A stretch of 63,158 nucleotides of DNA, counting the filler, from Bdellovibrionota bacterium (GTDB lineage: Bacteria > Bdellovibrionota > Bdellovibrionia > Bdellovibrionales > JAEYZS01), in assembly GCA_963169515.1 (NCBI GenBank). It is 6 parts of 6 records of this genome, joined end to end, with 100 filler letters (N's around TTAATTAATTAA, not from the genome) between each part and the next. Parts side by side here need not be neighbours in the genome. Positions count along the whole stretch, not along the records: positions 18,012 to 30,445 come from CAUJEF010000098.1; 5 more parts are not named here. One strand, 5' to 3'. The notes below the pieces were generated by a model, which saw only the letters and a program-made list of their open reading frames with translations, ran no database searches and was not told where the DNA came from. Shown here one piece after another: positions 19,957-29,185 of the stretch. The translations under genes and the position numbers were made by a program. The number at the start of each line of letters is the position of its first letter. The first letter of the stretch is position 1.

Positions 19957-19992
19957 AAAAATGAAAAGGGCTCTAGTATTATGCTAGAGCCC
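19957..19992 (-). terminator. Intrinsic terminator, minus strand (possibly bidirectional)
   Basis: 9-bp stem GGGCTCTAG/CTAGAGCCC (19968-19976 / 19984-19992) followed on the minus strand by TTTTCATTTTT. Confidence 0.7.
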
Positions 19993-20035
19993 CTGCTTTT
20001 TGGCTTAGGATAGAGCCTCCGGAAGGAGGTCTGAT

Positions 20036-20170
20036 ATGCAACCAACAAATGCTTATCGGAAAAAGATTAAAAAGTTGAAGCAGTACGTACGTGCAGCGCC
20101 GTTGTGGAAGTGGATTCAAGTTGTGGCGGGAATAATCAAACTCTTATTGTGGGTAAAGAGTCAGTTGTAA
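20036..20170 (+). CDS. 44-aa cationic/hydrophobic small peptide (type I toxin-like), below the ORF-track cutoff
   Basis: GGAGGT SD 5 nt before ATG; MQPTNAYRKKIKKLKQYVRAAPLWKWIQVVAGIIKLLLWVKSQL, 10 K/R and no D/E. Confidence 0.5.
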   Translation: MQPTNAYRKKIKKLKQYVRAAPLWKWIQVVAGIIKLLLWVKSQL

Positions 20171-20193
20171 TTTCATAAGGGCTTTAAACCCTG

Positions 20194-20388
20194 CTATGGA
20201 AGGATGCTTAGGGGTTCTAGCGCCCGGACTTTGGTTGGTTTTAATATCGGATGACTCGAGGCTAGTTCCAAAAAAATACATTTTTGAGGTGTCATTTGCG
20301 CAGAAAAAGTGGAGATTATTTTGGTAAATATTTGTGCATCATCTAAAAAATGGTTTTCACCAACAAGCAGAAGCTTTGAATCTGGCAC
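20194..20388 (-). pseudogene. Possible gene remnant (EreA/ChaN-like N-terminal motif)
   Basis: LLLVGENHF...CIFLE resembles the GExH...E motif of that superfamily, but the ORF stops after 64 aa. Confidence 0.3.
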
Positions 20389-20410
20389 TTGGAAATGGGT
20401 TAATTCAATG

Positions 20411-23400
20411 CTACAACCTGTTCAGCAGCCAATATATATAAAATTCGCCGACGTTTATATCCATTGCCTTCATAATGTCTTTTAAAGGACCATTTGATTT
20501 TTGCGACGTAATCTCGCCAGAGGAATCACCAATAACAGTTTTGTATCCTGTGGCGTCGCCTTTTTTGAAACCGTCTAGATAGGCTTCGATATACACTTCG
20601 TTTTTACCCCCTGCCATTGCCCAGATGCCTTCTTTTTTTAACAGAGCCTCTGTTCGATTTATCATATGAAGAGCGGCGTTTGCGGCCATTTTGGGATTTG
20701 CAGGTTGCGGTTTTCTAAATTCTTTACTTGGACATTTTTGTTTGCGAATAACTTGATCCGGCCCCAGAGCCGCTTGTTTTGCAATTTTATAAGCCTCTTG
20801 GGCGCAAACAAAATTTTCTACAATAACATCCAATTTACGTCGACCGGGGATAGTGTCACGGGGGCCTGAGTTTGGATATTTCCCGTGTATATCGATATTG
20901 TCCAATGACATCTTGTCAAAAATTTCTCTAACGGCTTCAGGAGAAAGATTTGCCATATGGTCAATTGCGTCTTTATAGAATTTTACAGAAATCAACAACG
21001 TGTAAAGCTGAGCTAGCTCAATGTTTTGAATTTTTTCTTCAGGGTAAATATCCGTTCCGAAACGCTCTTCTTGTTCACGAACCACTTTCTGAAGCGTTTT
21101 TCGGCTCCACTGCCAGCCATGCCAAGAATGTTCAATAGCACCGTATTGGTTTTCCAGTTCACCAGGGGCATCTGTGAGATTATTTAGCTTTCCCGTGGTT
21201 TCAATGCTTTCATCCACGTTACGTTGGGCTTCAATCGATGCTCGGCGTGTGCGTTGTCTGCCGTAAATTGTATCCCCCGGGTTTTGATTGGTTTGCACGC
21301 TGACGTCAAAATCCCAATTTGTTTTATATTGAATTAAACTGTTGATGATATCGAGAGCGAATGATTGAAGATCGCGTCCCACGCGAACACCGGTTGTCGA
21401 CATAATCATTCGCTTATTAAAATTATCTGGTGTGTTGATGGTGAGTGTATCCATAATTTTTTGAGCGTCACGTTTCCAAAATAAAAACCCAAGTGAATTT
21501 TCTGGGGCATGGAATGAATGGAGAACTTTAAATGGGTTATAGCTGCTGGCGATTTTTGTGTTTTCTGTGATCTTTTCCAAATGGCTTGTATTATTTGTTA
21601 AGAGAACTTTAGCCAACGCAGCTATCTGGTCTAAGATGAATGGATTTTCGGCGATGTTCGGGTTTATATTGATCGAATAAAAATTTGTTTTCGCAGTCCC
21701 ATCGGCCCGTGAGAATCCACCTTTTATGACGGGAACGCCGTAATAGCCAACTGTCATGTCGAGTGGGGTACGTGTATTCATTTTTGCAGTGCTTTTAAAA
21801 ATTTGAATGGTGTTTTCACGGTTTCGTGTGACATTTAAGCGTGATACGAATTGAACATTGTCTCCAAGGCTGACAGATCCCGGTAGTTCATTTTTTAAGC
21901 TTTTTACAAACCTAAACAATCCGGAACCACCATAGATTTTTGAAATAATAACGGATTCTTGTAAGCCGAGGCTTTCTTTAAATTTTGATATGATCTCATT
22001 AACGCGAGCTTGTACTGGAGATTCTTCAAGGGCCTCAGCAATGCTAGAACTCACCGCGCCATGCTCGCGCACGCTTGCCTTTGCATCTTCGACCAGTTTC
22101 AAATCAATATTCTCTTTTTTTAAATTATCTGTGGAAAGATCTTCTAGGATATGTCGATTTTTCCATCTTGTACTAGGGACAAAAATATTTTTGATTGGAT
22201 CTTTGTTTGCCGCCTCAACACTTAAGGTACCTTTGAGACTTGTGTAGGTAACCAACAGGGAGCCATTCAAATCGCCGGTTAGGTTTTGATCAGATGGTAG
22301 TCCGTCACGAAAAGCAAACATACCACCGCCCACGGCAAAGCCAACGGTCTTTGCCAATTGAATTGGATAATCGGCACCCATGAACGCGCCAAACACAGTG
22401 TTGCGCGATACAATAAGAGAAACATTCTTGTACCAATGGGTCCACGTTTCATCCGGGAGGGGGGTGCATTGCTTGCCTTCTTTGGCTGCAATTAAACATT
22501 TGGCAAATTGCTTTGCGGGTCGTTCAACAAACCTGTGGTATTCAAGAGCTTTTCCTATGCTTGATCCCTTTTGTACCTCTTCTGGAAGTACGTTTTCATT
22601 TGCATATCGAACAGCTTGAGAAAATGCGTTGCTCATAAAAATTGATTTTCCAAGAGCAAAGTATTCCCTGCGAGAAAGTGGTGATTCTGGGTCTGATTCC
22701 CAACATACGATTGAGAGATAGTCTTTACATACGTCCAGCAAGAGCTTTCCATCTTTAACAATTCCGGGGACATCGTACAGGGTGACAGCTTTAAGGCTTG
22801 TTTTAACGCCAAATTTTTTAAATAAATAAGTCGTACGAGAAATTAATTTTTCAACAAGCAGATTTTCATATGCGGTTTTATATTCTGGGCGATCAATTTC
22901 GAAATGCGCTTCTTTTACGATATCTACAAAATCTTTGCGGTCAAGCTTTGCAAGTCGGCGAAGCATCCACAGCGAATCTGCAAGTGAAACGCGATAGATA
23001 TATCCTTCTTCGTGGTTGATGGAAATATTTTGCGATTGCTCGCGCCCCGGGACCCATTCAAAAAGGTTGAGCTGTGGAACGGCATCGACAACCGCATAGG
23101 GTATAAGCAGTGAATTTAATAGGCGGCGACCCATAATAATAGGGCCATCCTTTGTATCCAAGCTGCCGCGGGATAGGTTGTACGAAATATCATCAGTACC
23201 TTTATAAACAACAGCACCGCGAACGTCGAACGTGTCTGGAATTGCTGCAATCAGATCATTACATTGATCCCGGCGTGCAATGAGGGCGTCTTTTTGTTGT
23301 TGCTTTATTTTCTTAATCTCATCTGAATCTGCGTCGGTAATGATAATTGCATCAGGGTCTCCTGGTGGGGTGACAATGCATACAACCGTGTCGTTTGAAA

Positions 23401-24073
23401 GGTTTGTGATCCAATCTGTTGGATTTTTGGATTTCTGGTAAAGGTCATTGATTAACTTGATCTTGTCTTCTTTGGCGGTGCCGAAATTTGCAAAGGTCAC
23501 TTTAAAAGTTTTTAAATACTGAAGTGGCGGAATAAAATATCCAAGTTTTCGTAATATGCCTTTTCTTAAAAGATTATTGTGAACCAGGGGGCCCAGTCGT
23601 ATGTTGTAGAATTGTTGGTCTCGGGTACTGCGTACATATATGCTTGTCATGTTATTGAAGCCGTCAGGCTTAATATTTATGTAATTGAAAGATTCATTGT
23701 TAAATTCAAAACCGAGTTCTTGGGGGTTTTCGCTATTAACAGGGAAGCCGAGAGTATTTTTCCAAAGATCAGCATAAGGGTATTCCTTTAAACTGGCTGA
23801 CCAAAGAATCGAATTTGATGATGGGTTTAATTCTGAGGCGTCTTTTATAACTTTTTTTTTGATAAGAAGGTTCACTTGATCAGGGTTAAGTGGTTTATCC
23901 CTCAAGTCGCCGCATTTTTCAAAATTACAAACAAGATCAATAGCCGGCAATTCATTAGCAATTTTCTTCAACAAAAGTGACCCCATTGGGCGTGGATCTT
24001 CTTTTTGCGCGAGTTGGGCAAAGGCACTGATGCTAAATATAAAACTGACTAGCAGTGAAACTGCTTTAAACAT
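20411..24073 (-). CDS. Large (~1220 aa) secreted hypothetical protein
   Basis: Long uninterrupted ORF; signal peptide MFKAVSLLVSFIFSISAFA after GGGAG SD. Confidence 0.85.
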   Translation of the reverse strand: MFKAVSLLVSFIFSISAFAQLAQKEDPRPMGSLLLKKIANELPAIDLVCNFEKCGDLRDKPLNPDQVNLLIKKKVIKDASELNPSSNSILWSASLKEYPYADLWKNTLGFPVNSENPQELGFEFNNESFNYINIKPDGFNNMTSIYVRSTRDQQFYNIRLGPLVHNNLLRKGILRKLGYFIPPLQYLKTFKVTFANFGTAKEDKIKLINDLYQKSKNPTDWITNLSNDTVVCIVTPPGDPDAIIITDADSDEIKKIKQQQKDALIARRDQCNDLIAAIPDTFDVRGAVVYKGTDDISYNLSRGSLDTKDGPIIMGRRLLNSLLIPYAVVDAVPQLNLFEWVPGREQSQNISINHEEGYIYRVSLADSLWMLRRLAKLDRKDFVDIVKEAHFEIDRPEYKTAYENLLVEKLISRTTYLFKKFGVKTSLKAVTLYDVPGIVKDGKLLLDVCKDYLSIVCWESDPESPLSRREYFALGKSIFMSNAFSQAVRYANENVLPEEVQKGSSIGKALEYHRFVERPAKQFAKCLIAAKEGKQCTPLPDETWTHWYKNVSLIVSRNTVFGAFMGADYPIQLAKTVGFAVGGGMFAFRDGLPSDQNLTGDLNGSLLVTYTSLKGTLSVEAANKDPIKNIFVPSTRWKNRHILEDLSTDNLKKENIDLKLVEDAKASVREHGAVSSSIAEALEESPVQARVNEIISKFKESLGLQESVIISKIYGGSGLFRFVKSLKNELPGSVSLGDNVQFVSRLNVTRNRENTIQIFKSTAKMNTRTPLDMTVGYYGVPVIKGGFSRADGTAKTNFYSININPNIAENPFILDQIAALAKVLLTNNTSHLEKITENTKIASSYNPFKVLHSFHAPENSLGFLFWKRDAQKIMDTLTINTPDNFNKRMIMSTTGVRVGRDLQSFALDIINSLIQYKTNWDFDVSVQTNQNPGDTIYGRQRTRRASIEAQRNVDESIETTGKLNNLTDAPGELENQYGAIEHSWHGWQWSRKTLQKVVREQEERFGTDIYPEEKIQNIELAQLYTLLISVKFYKDAIDHMANLSPEAVREIFDKMSLDNIDIHGKYPNSGPRDTIPGRRKLDVIVENFVCAQEAYKIAKQAALGPDQVIRKQKCPSKEFRKPQPANPKMAANAALHMINRTEALLKKEGIWAMAGGKNEVYIEAYLDGFKKGDATGYKTVIGDSSGEITSQKSNGPLKDIMKAMDINVGEFYIYWLLNRL

Positions 24074-24179
24074 ATAAGCTCCCGGCAAGCTAATGGTTAA
24101 CGTACAGCTGAGCAATGTCGGGACCGCGGTTTTCAAGATTTTACAGGGCTTTTAGGTGTTTACCTATTAGACAGGAACA

Positions 24180-24328
24180 AAATAGGGTGCCAGGCACCAA
24201 CCGTCCGAATATCGGAGATCAAACGCACCAAAAGCAAAAAAAAAGAGGAGCGAAGAGCTCCTCTTTTTTTTGCTTTTGGCGCTTAACAATGTCCGCGGTG
24301 CGGACGGCTGGTGCCTGGCACCCTATTT
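24180..24328. repeat. Nested palindrome: REP-like GGTGCCAGGCACC arms around a bidirectional terminator-like hairpin
   Basis: 24180-24207 pairs with 24301-24328 (one mismatch); inner CCAAAAGC-A9-GAGGAGC / GCTCCTC-T8-GCTTTTGG at 24228-24279. Confidence 0.8.
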
Positions 24329-25066
24329 CATGAACATGTCTTTGATTAGTTTTTGGGTTGCTTCTGGGCCCATTCCGGTGACTTCGGCGGCTTGTTCGAT
24401 TCTGGCGCTTAAGCTGGATATATTTCCAGACTTGAAGTCGTTTTGGAAATCGGTCACTGTGCTGCCAACGAGGTCCTTAGAGTATCTGTCGATATCTGCA
24501 TTAGTGATCGAACCTGCTGGTGCATTAGAGATATGATATGCGATACGGGCCATATCTAAAGATTTAGATTCGCTTAAACCGTATTGATCGCGTAGCGCAT
24601 TTGCTGATTTTTCAACTAAAAGGTCTTGTTTGAAGGATTTCAGTTTTGCTAAATCTTTTCCGACGGCGGCTTTTTTCTCGAAACGGATGCCAGTGTAGGG
24701 ATCTACGTACTCGTTCCAGGTGCTATCGTACCACAAATCAAAGTAGAAATAATCCTGCCATGAATATAGGTAGCTGGAAAGATTTTCGCCCACATTGTAG
24801 TCGCCGATATAATAGGCGTCGTAGGTTCCATAGCTCCAGTCATAAACCACGATGTAGTCTGTTTGTAGAGTATTTGTTTTAACAAGCTCTAGATCATACC
24901 CAGCCACATCGGAATTAACACGACGGACGAATTCCTGTGCTAACTGAGCGTGAGTATAGTAGGTGCCACCAGTTGAAGTTGAGCCTGACCCGCCACCGCC
25001 ACCGCAAGCAGTCAATACCAACATAAGTGCCGACAGCAAGAGTGCTGATAATTTAAAATTTTTCAT
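24323..25066 (-). CDS. Hypothetical lipoprotein, Tyr/Asp-rich
   Basis: MKNFKLSALLLSALMLVLTAC lipobox, Gly/Ser linker, SD GAAGGGGG. Confidence 0.8.
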   Translation of the reverse strand: MKNFKLSALLLSALMLVLTACGGGGGSGSTSTGGTYYTHAQLAQEFVRRVNSDVAGYDLELVKTNTLQTDYIVVYDWSYGTYDAYYIGDYNVGENLSSYLYSWQDYFYFDLWYDSTWNEYVDPYTGIRFEKKAAVGKDLAKLKSFKQDLLVEKSANALRDQYGLSESKSLDMARIAYHISNAPAGSITNADIDRYSKDLVGSTVTDFQNDFKSGNISSLSARIEQAAEVTGMGPEATQKLIKDMFMK

Positions 25067-25117
25067 CTGTAATTCCCCCTTCAAAGGAACGTGGTTAATA
25101 AACTTGAAATACAATAT

Positions 25118-25133
25118 TGCCAAAGATGTGCCA
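25118..25133 (-). promoter_or_regulatory. Sigma54 -24/-12 promoter
   Basis: Minus strand TGGCACATCTTTGGCA (GG-N10-GC) about 50 nt upstream of the lipoprotein ATG. Confidence 0.6.
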
Positions 25134-25245
25134 CTGCAACAGTAAGGGGAAATGCGTGTATATTGTTAATTTTCATATCCAAACAAAATTTTCTGGAGCC
25201 ACTTTGTCTTTCTTATTTTGAAAGGCAGTATCACTGTGACACTTG

Positions 25246-25325
25246 GTTAGGTACCCACTCACTTTTGGCGTAACGGCGCGTCTATTTGGACGCGCCGTTA
25301 CGCCAAAAGTGAGTGGGTACCTAAC
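25246..25325. repeat. Perfect 37-bp inverted repeat (6-nt loop) overlapping the dapD 3' end
   Basis: GTTAGGTACCCACTCACTTTTGGCGTAACGGCGCGTC (25246-25282) and its exact reverse complement (25289-25325). Confidence 0.92.
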
Positions 25326-26056
25326 ATCCTGAGCGCATCATTTAAAGATGTTTTTTTATCAGTCGATGCGTTTCGGGTACCTATGATAAGCGCGCAAGGT
25401 ACTTCAAATTTTCCAGCAGGAAAATCTTTGGGGATTGTTCCTGGAATAACGACAGAGTTTTTAGGGATTTTGCCTTTAATCGTGACGACCTCTTTTTGGG
25501 TTACATCTAAAATTTTTGTTGAAGCGGTAAGCACAACCCCGGCACCGAGAACGGCGCCCTCCTCGATTAAAATTCCTTCGACGATGATACAGCGACTGCC
25601 GACAAAGACATTGTCTTCGATAATCACGGGCGCTGCCTGCGCAGGTTCAAGCACCCCGCCAATTCCAACGCCGCCACTTAGATGAACATTTTTTCCAACC
25701 TGCGCACACGAACCAACCGTAGCCCAAGTGTCAATCATTGTCCCTTCGTCAACATAAGCGCCGATATTTATATAGCTTGGCATTAGTATAGCACCTTTAT
25801 TTACAAAGGCGCCCTGGCGAACAATGGCTTGTGGGACAACGCGAACACCATCTTTTAATTTCCATTTCTTTACTGGGATTTTATCGACGTAACTAAATGG
25901 ACCGGCTTTCAATTCTGCCACCTTTTGTGTTTTAAAAAAATCTATGATGGCTTCTTTAGCTTCTATATTTACGGTCCAGACACCATTTCTTTTTTCTGCG
26001 ACACGCACTTTTCCTTGATCCAAAAGTTTTATCATTTCTTTTGTAGTCTTTTTCAT
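25298..26056 (-). CDS. dapD: Tetrahydrodipicolinate N-succinyltransferase
   Basis: LDQGKVRVAE, MPSYINIGAYVDEGTMIDTWATVGSCAQVG, GGVLEP. Confidence 0.95.
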   Translation of the reverse strand: MKKTTKEMIKLLDQGKVRVAEKRNGVWTVNIEAKEAIIDFFKTQKVAELKAGPFSYVDKIPVKKWKLKDGVRVVPQAIVRQGAFVNKGAILMPSYINIGAYVDEGTMIDTWATVGSCAQVGKNVHLSGGVGIGGVLEPAQAAPVIIEDNVFVGSRCIIVEGILIEEGAVLGAGVVLTASTKILDVTQKEVVTIKGKIPKNSVVIPGTIPKDFPAGKFEVPCALIIGTRNASTDKKTSLNDALRMLGTHSLLA

Positions 26057-26709
26057 GCAAGCTTCTCCGTAACTTTAAGTGCTTCAAGCAACGCCGGCAC
26101 GTGCGTTTTTAAAATTGCCTCAGCTGGCAGCCCGCGCTCTATTTCATAGGTAAGCGTTGGAATGTCACGTTCAAGACCGCAAAAAGTTCCTAAGCAGCCT
26201 GGTGTTGGATAGCCGATATCTTCTGAAATTTTATAGCCTGTATGTTTTTGTATGACTTCGGCTTCGCGATGACATTTTCCGTTGATATTCAATAACGGGA
26301 GCCATGAGTGAAGGCTATAAATAATTCGAGGCTTTTCTTTTTCTATAAATTGGGTGAGTGCCTGGTTTTCAGATTCGCTATTTGCTGATGGCCCGGGATA
26401 GTAGCGTGGATTTGCAATATCGCTTGTCCAGTCTTGGGTGGGCAGATTTCGATTTAAATCGACACCGTTTCCGTTCTGACGAGTGTTCTTTAAAACGCCA
26501 TCAATGTTGAACATCGGCACCAGGGTCATCCTTAACTTATAAGCGTAAGCTGTTAAGAACGCTTCTGTTAAGCCATGGGCCGCAATGACCCCCTCGACTT
26601 CGTCGCCATGAACGCCTGCCAAGATCAAAACGTGGGCGCCAGAATTGCTCCACTGGTAGGCGGGTATCGGAATGTTTTGACTGGACTTTCCAAATATGAA
26701 GCTTTTCAT
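26053..26709 (-). CDS. mpaA: M14 zinc carboxypeptidase, murein peptide amidase A-like
   Basis: GVHGDE, NGVDLNRN, SESEN, SLHS, GYPTPGCLG..., TYE. Confidence 0.75.
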   Translation of the reverse strand: MKSFIFGKSSQNIPIPAYQWSNSGAHVLILAGVHGDEVEGVIAAHGLTEAFLTAYAYKLRMTLVPMFNIDGVLKNTRQNGNGVDLNRNLPTQDWTSDIANPRYYPGPSANSESENQALTQFIEKEKPRIIYSLHSWLPLLNINGKCHREAEVIQKHTGYKISEDIGYPTPGCLGTFCGLERDIPTLTYEIERGLPAEAILKTHVPALLEALKVTEKLA

Positions 26710-26738
26710 CTGATTTCCATTATGTTAATTCAGAAAGG

Positions 26739-27959
26739 ATGTCTATCTGTGTAAAAAAATACGGCGGAACATCGGTTGGGTCAATTGAAAGAATTGAAGC
26801 TGTTGCCGAACGTATCATCAATGAATCCACGCCAGGAGTTGCACCGGTTGTCGTGGTGTCCGCAATGGCGGGTGAAACCAATCGATTAGTCGGTTTGTCG
26901 GACTCGGTCTTTAAAGGTTACCGTGGCGCTGCCTATGACATGGTGATTGCAACTGGCGAACAGGTTTCAACCGGCCTTTTAAGCATGGCCCTTGAAAAGC
27001 GAGGGCGCAAATCGCGCCCTTACTTGGCCCATCAGCTCGGAATCTTGACGACCTCGACATCTTCTAAGGCGCGTATTCAGAAAATAAATACCGACGCTAT
27101 TTTGCGGGATATTTCCGAAGGAATTATTCCTGTTATTGCGGGCTTCCAAGGGGTGGATGAAAAAAATAATATTACGACTTTAGGGCGCGGAGGATCGGAT
27201 ACATCCGCGGTCGCGGTTGCAGTCGCGCTAAAGACAAAAGAGTGTGAAATCTACACCGATGTGACCGGCGTTTTTACGGCTGATCCGAGGCTTGTAAAAA
27301 AAGCTCGAAAAATTAAAAGACTGTGTTTTGAAGAAATGATGGAGATGGCGTCTCTGGGGTCCAAGGTGCTTCACATACGCAGTGTCGAGATCGCTGCAAA
27401 ATTTAAAACAAATATCCACGTGCGATCAACATTTGAATTTAGCGATGGAACTTGGATTGTGGATGAGGGAGAAATTATGGAATTGGAAAATCCTGTCGTA
27501 ACTTCGGTTACGCATGAATCGTTGACAACGGTATTCAAATTGAACGCCCTACCAAAGGGCCCCAAGGTTTTGGCCCAAGTTTTCAATGAACTTGCAAAAG
27601 AGAGCATCGTTGTAGATGTGATTTCACAACACGAAGAACAATCAAGCCAACGTCTGGCGTTCTCAGTCCCTGTGGACGATGTTACAAAGACAAACGAGGT
27701 ACTTCGAAAGATTTTTCCAAATATTCCAGCAGAAATTATGGAAGATATATCAAAACTCAGTATTGTTGGCGTAGGAATGAGAAATCATCCTGGTGTTGCT
27801 GCAAAATTTTTCGATATTTTGGGAAAAATAGGGGTTCCGCTTCACCTGGTAACAACGTCTGAAATCAAGGTGAGTGCGATCATTGACAAAAAGCATTTAG
27901 AAGAGGCCGCCAATGCAGTCCATACTGCGTTTGGCTTAGATGCCCGGGAACAGGCCTGA
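26739..27959 (+). CDS. lysC: Aspartate kinase
   Basis: KYGGTSV, VVSAM, TLGRGGSDTSA, two ACT domains. Confidence 0.95.
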   Translation: MSICVKKYGGTSVGSIERIEAVAERIINESTPGVAPVVVVSAMAGETNRLVGLSDSVFKGYRGAAYDMVIATGEQVSTGLLSMALEKRGRKSRPYLAHQLGILTTSTSSKARIQKINTDAILRDISEGIIPVIAGFQGVDEKNNITTLGRGGSDTSAVAVAVALKTKECEIYTDVTGVFTADPRLVKKARKIKRLCFEEMMEMASLGSKVLHIRSVEIAAKFKTNIHVRSTFEFSDGTWIVDEGEIMELENPVVTSVTHESLTTVFKLNALPKGPKVLAQVFNELAKESIVVDVISQHEEQSSQRLAFSVPVDDVTKTNEVLRKIFPNIPAEIMEDISKLSIVGVGMRNHPGVAAKFFDILGKIGVPLHLVTTSEIKVSAIIDKKHLEEAANAVHTAFGLDAREQA

Positions 27960-29185
27960 TGGTCTACTATAAAAAAGATCGTTTGTATCTGAATAGACTG
28001 CAACTGGAAAAGCTGGTTAAAAAATATGGTTCCCCAGTTTATGTTTATGATTTGGACGGCATTCTTCAGCGGTTGGAAGAATTCCAAGTTGCTTTTGAAA
28101 ATAATGTTCATGTTCATTATGCTTTAAAAGCAAACTCAAATCCCGTGATCCTGAAGGCATTCAAAAAAGCGGGTATCGGCATAGATACAGTCAGTTGGGG
28201 CGAGGTTCTGTTGGCATTAAAGGCAGGGTTTAAGCCAAATGAAATTATTTTCTCAGGCGTGGGCAAGTCCACAGAAGAAATTAAAGCAGCTGTAAAAAGG
28301 GGCTTGTATCAAATTAACATTGAAAGTCCCCAAGAATTAGAGCGTGTCGGAAAAACTGCAAAGAAATATAAAAAGATCGCCAGGGTTGCCTTTCGCATCA
28401 ATCCAGATGTGAACCCACAAACGCACCCCTATATTACAACTGGATTCAGAGAAAACAAATTTGGAATGGATACTTCATTTTTGCCTGAACTGAAGAACAT
28501 TTTGAAAAAATATCCTAGAAATTTAGAGCTTCAGGGTCTAACCCTACACATTGGTTCGCAGCTTTTAGAACATAAAAGCATTTGCGAGGCGATTGAAAAA
28601 ACAATTCACATATATAAAAATTTTTTAAATGAGGGCTACCCCATGAAGACGTTTGACGTCGGTGGGGGGATTGGAATCCCCTACGACGGTGGAGTGGCCA
28701 CCAGTTTGAAAGAATACGGTTCTGCTGTGATGAAACTATTGAAGCCACTAGGTTGCACCATTCTAAGCGAACCTGGACGAATTCTAGTCGGGCCGTTCGG
28801 GGTTTTACTCACTGAAGTGGAGTATATCAAGAGATCGCCATCACAAAATTTTGCAATCGTTAATACAGGAATGCACCATTTAATTCGGCCCGCGCTGTAT
28901 GGGGCGCAACACAGAATATGGCCATTAAAGCGCAGGCACGAAGCCGAAAAGTATTCATATGATGTCGTTGGGCCTATATGTGAATCAAGCGATTTTTTAG
29001 GAAAGCACATCGAGGTTCATGGCCTAGCACAAGGGGACCTGTTGGCAATTCTAGATGCTGGCGCTTATGGTTATAGTATGGCGAATTTTTATAATGCTCG
29101 AAAATTACCAAAAGAAATTGTGATCGCCAATGGCAAGGCAGCGGTGTCGCCTGTGAGTTCTGTTTTTAAGTATTCTTTGCCTTAG
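27959..29185 (+). CDS. lysA: Diaminopimelate decarboxylase
   Basis: YALKAN, HIGSQ, EPGR, GPICESSD, GAYG. Confidence 0.95.
   Translation: MVYYKKDRLYLNRLQLEKLVKKYGSPVYVYDLDGILQRLEEFQVAFENNVHVHYALKANSNPVILKAFKKAGIGIDTVSWGEVLLALKAGFKPNEIIFSGVGKSTEEIKAAVKRGLYQINIESPQELERVGKTAKKYKKIARVAFRINPDVNPQTHPYITTGFRENKFGMDTSFLPELKNILKKYPRNLELQGLTLHIGSQLLEHKSICEAIEKTIHIYKNFLNEGYPMKTFDVGGGIGIPYDGGVATSLKEYGSAVMKLLKPLGCTILSEPGRILVGPFGVLLTEVEYIKRSPSQNFAIVNTGMHHLIRPALYGAQHRIWPLKRRHEAEKYSYDVVGPICESSDFLGKHIEVHGLAQGDLLAILDAGAYGYSMANFYNARKLPKEIVIANGKAAVSPVSSVFKYSLP

Noticed and set aside
25246..25325. Integron attC site (GTTAGGT / ACCTAAC ends)
   Set aside because: The boxes are in the reverse order to attC, there are no extrahelical bases, and no integrase or cassette array is present.
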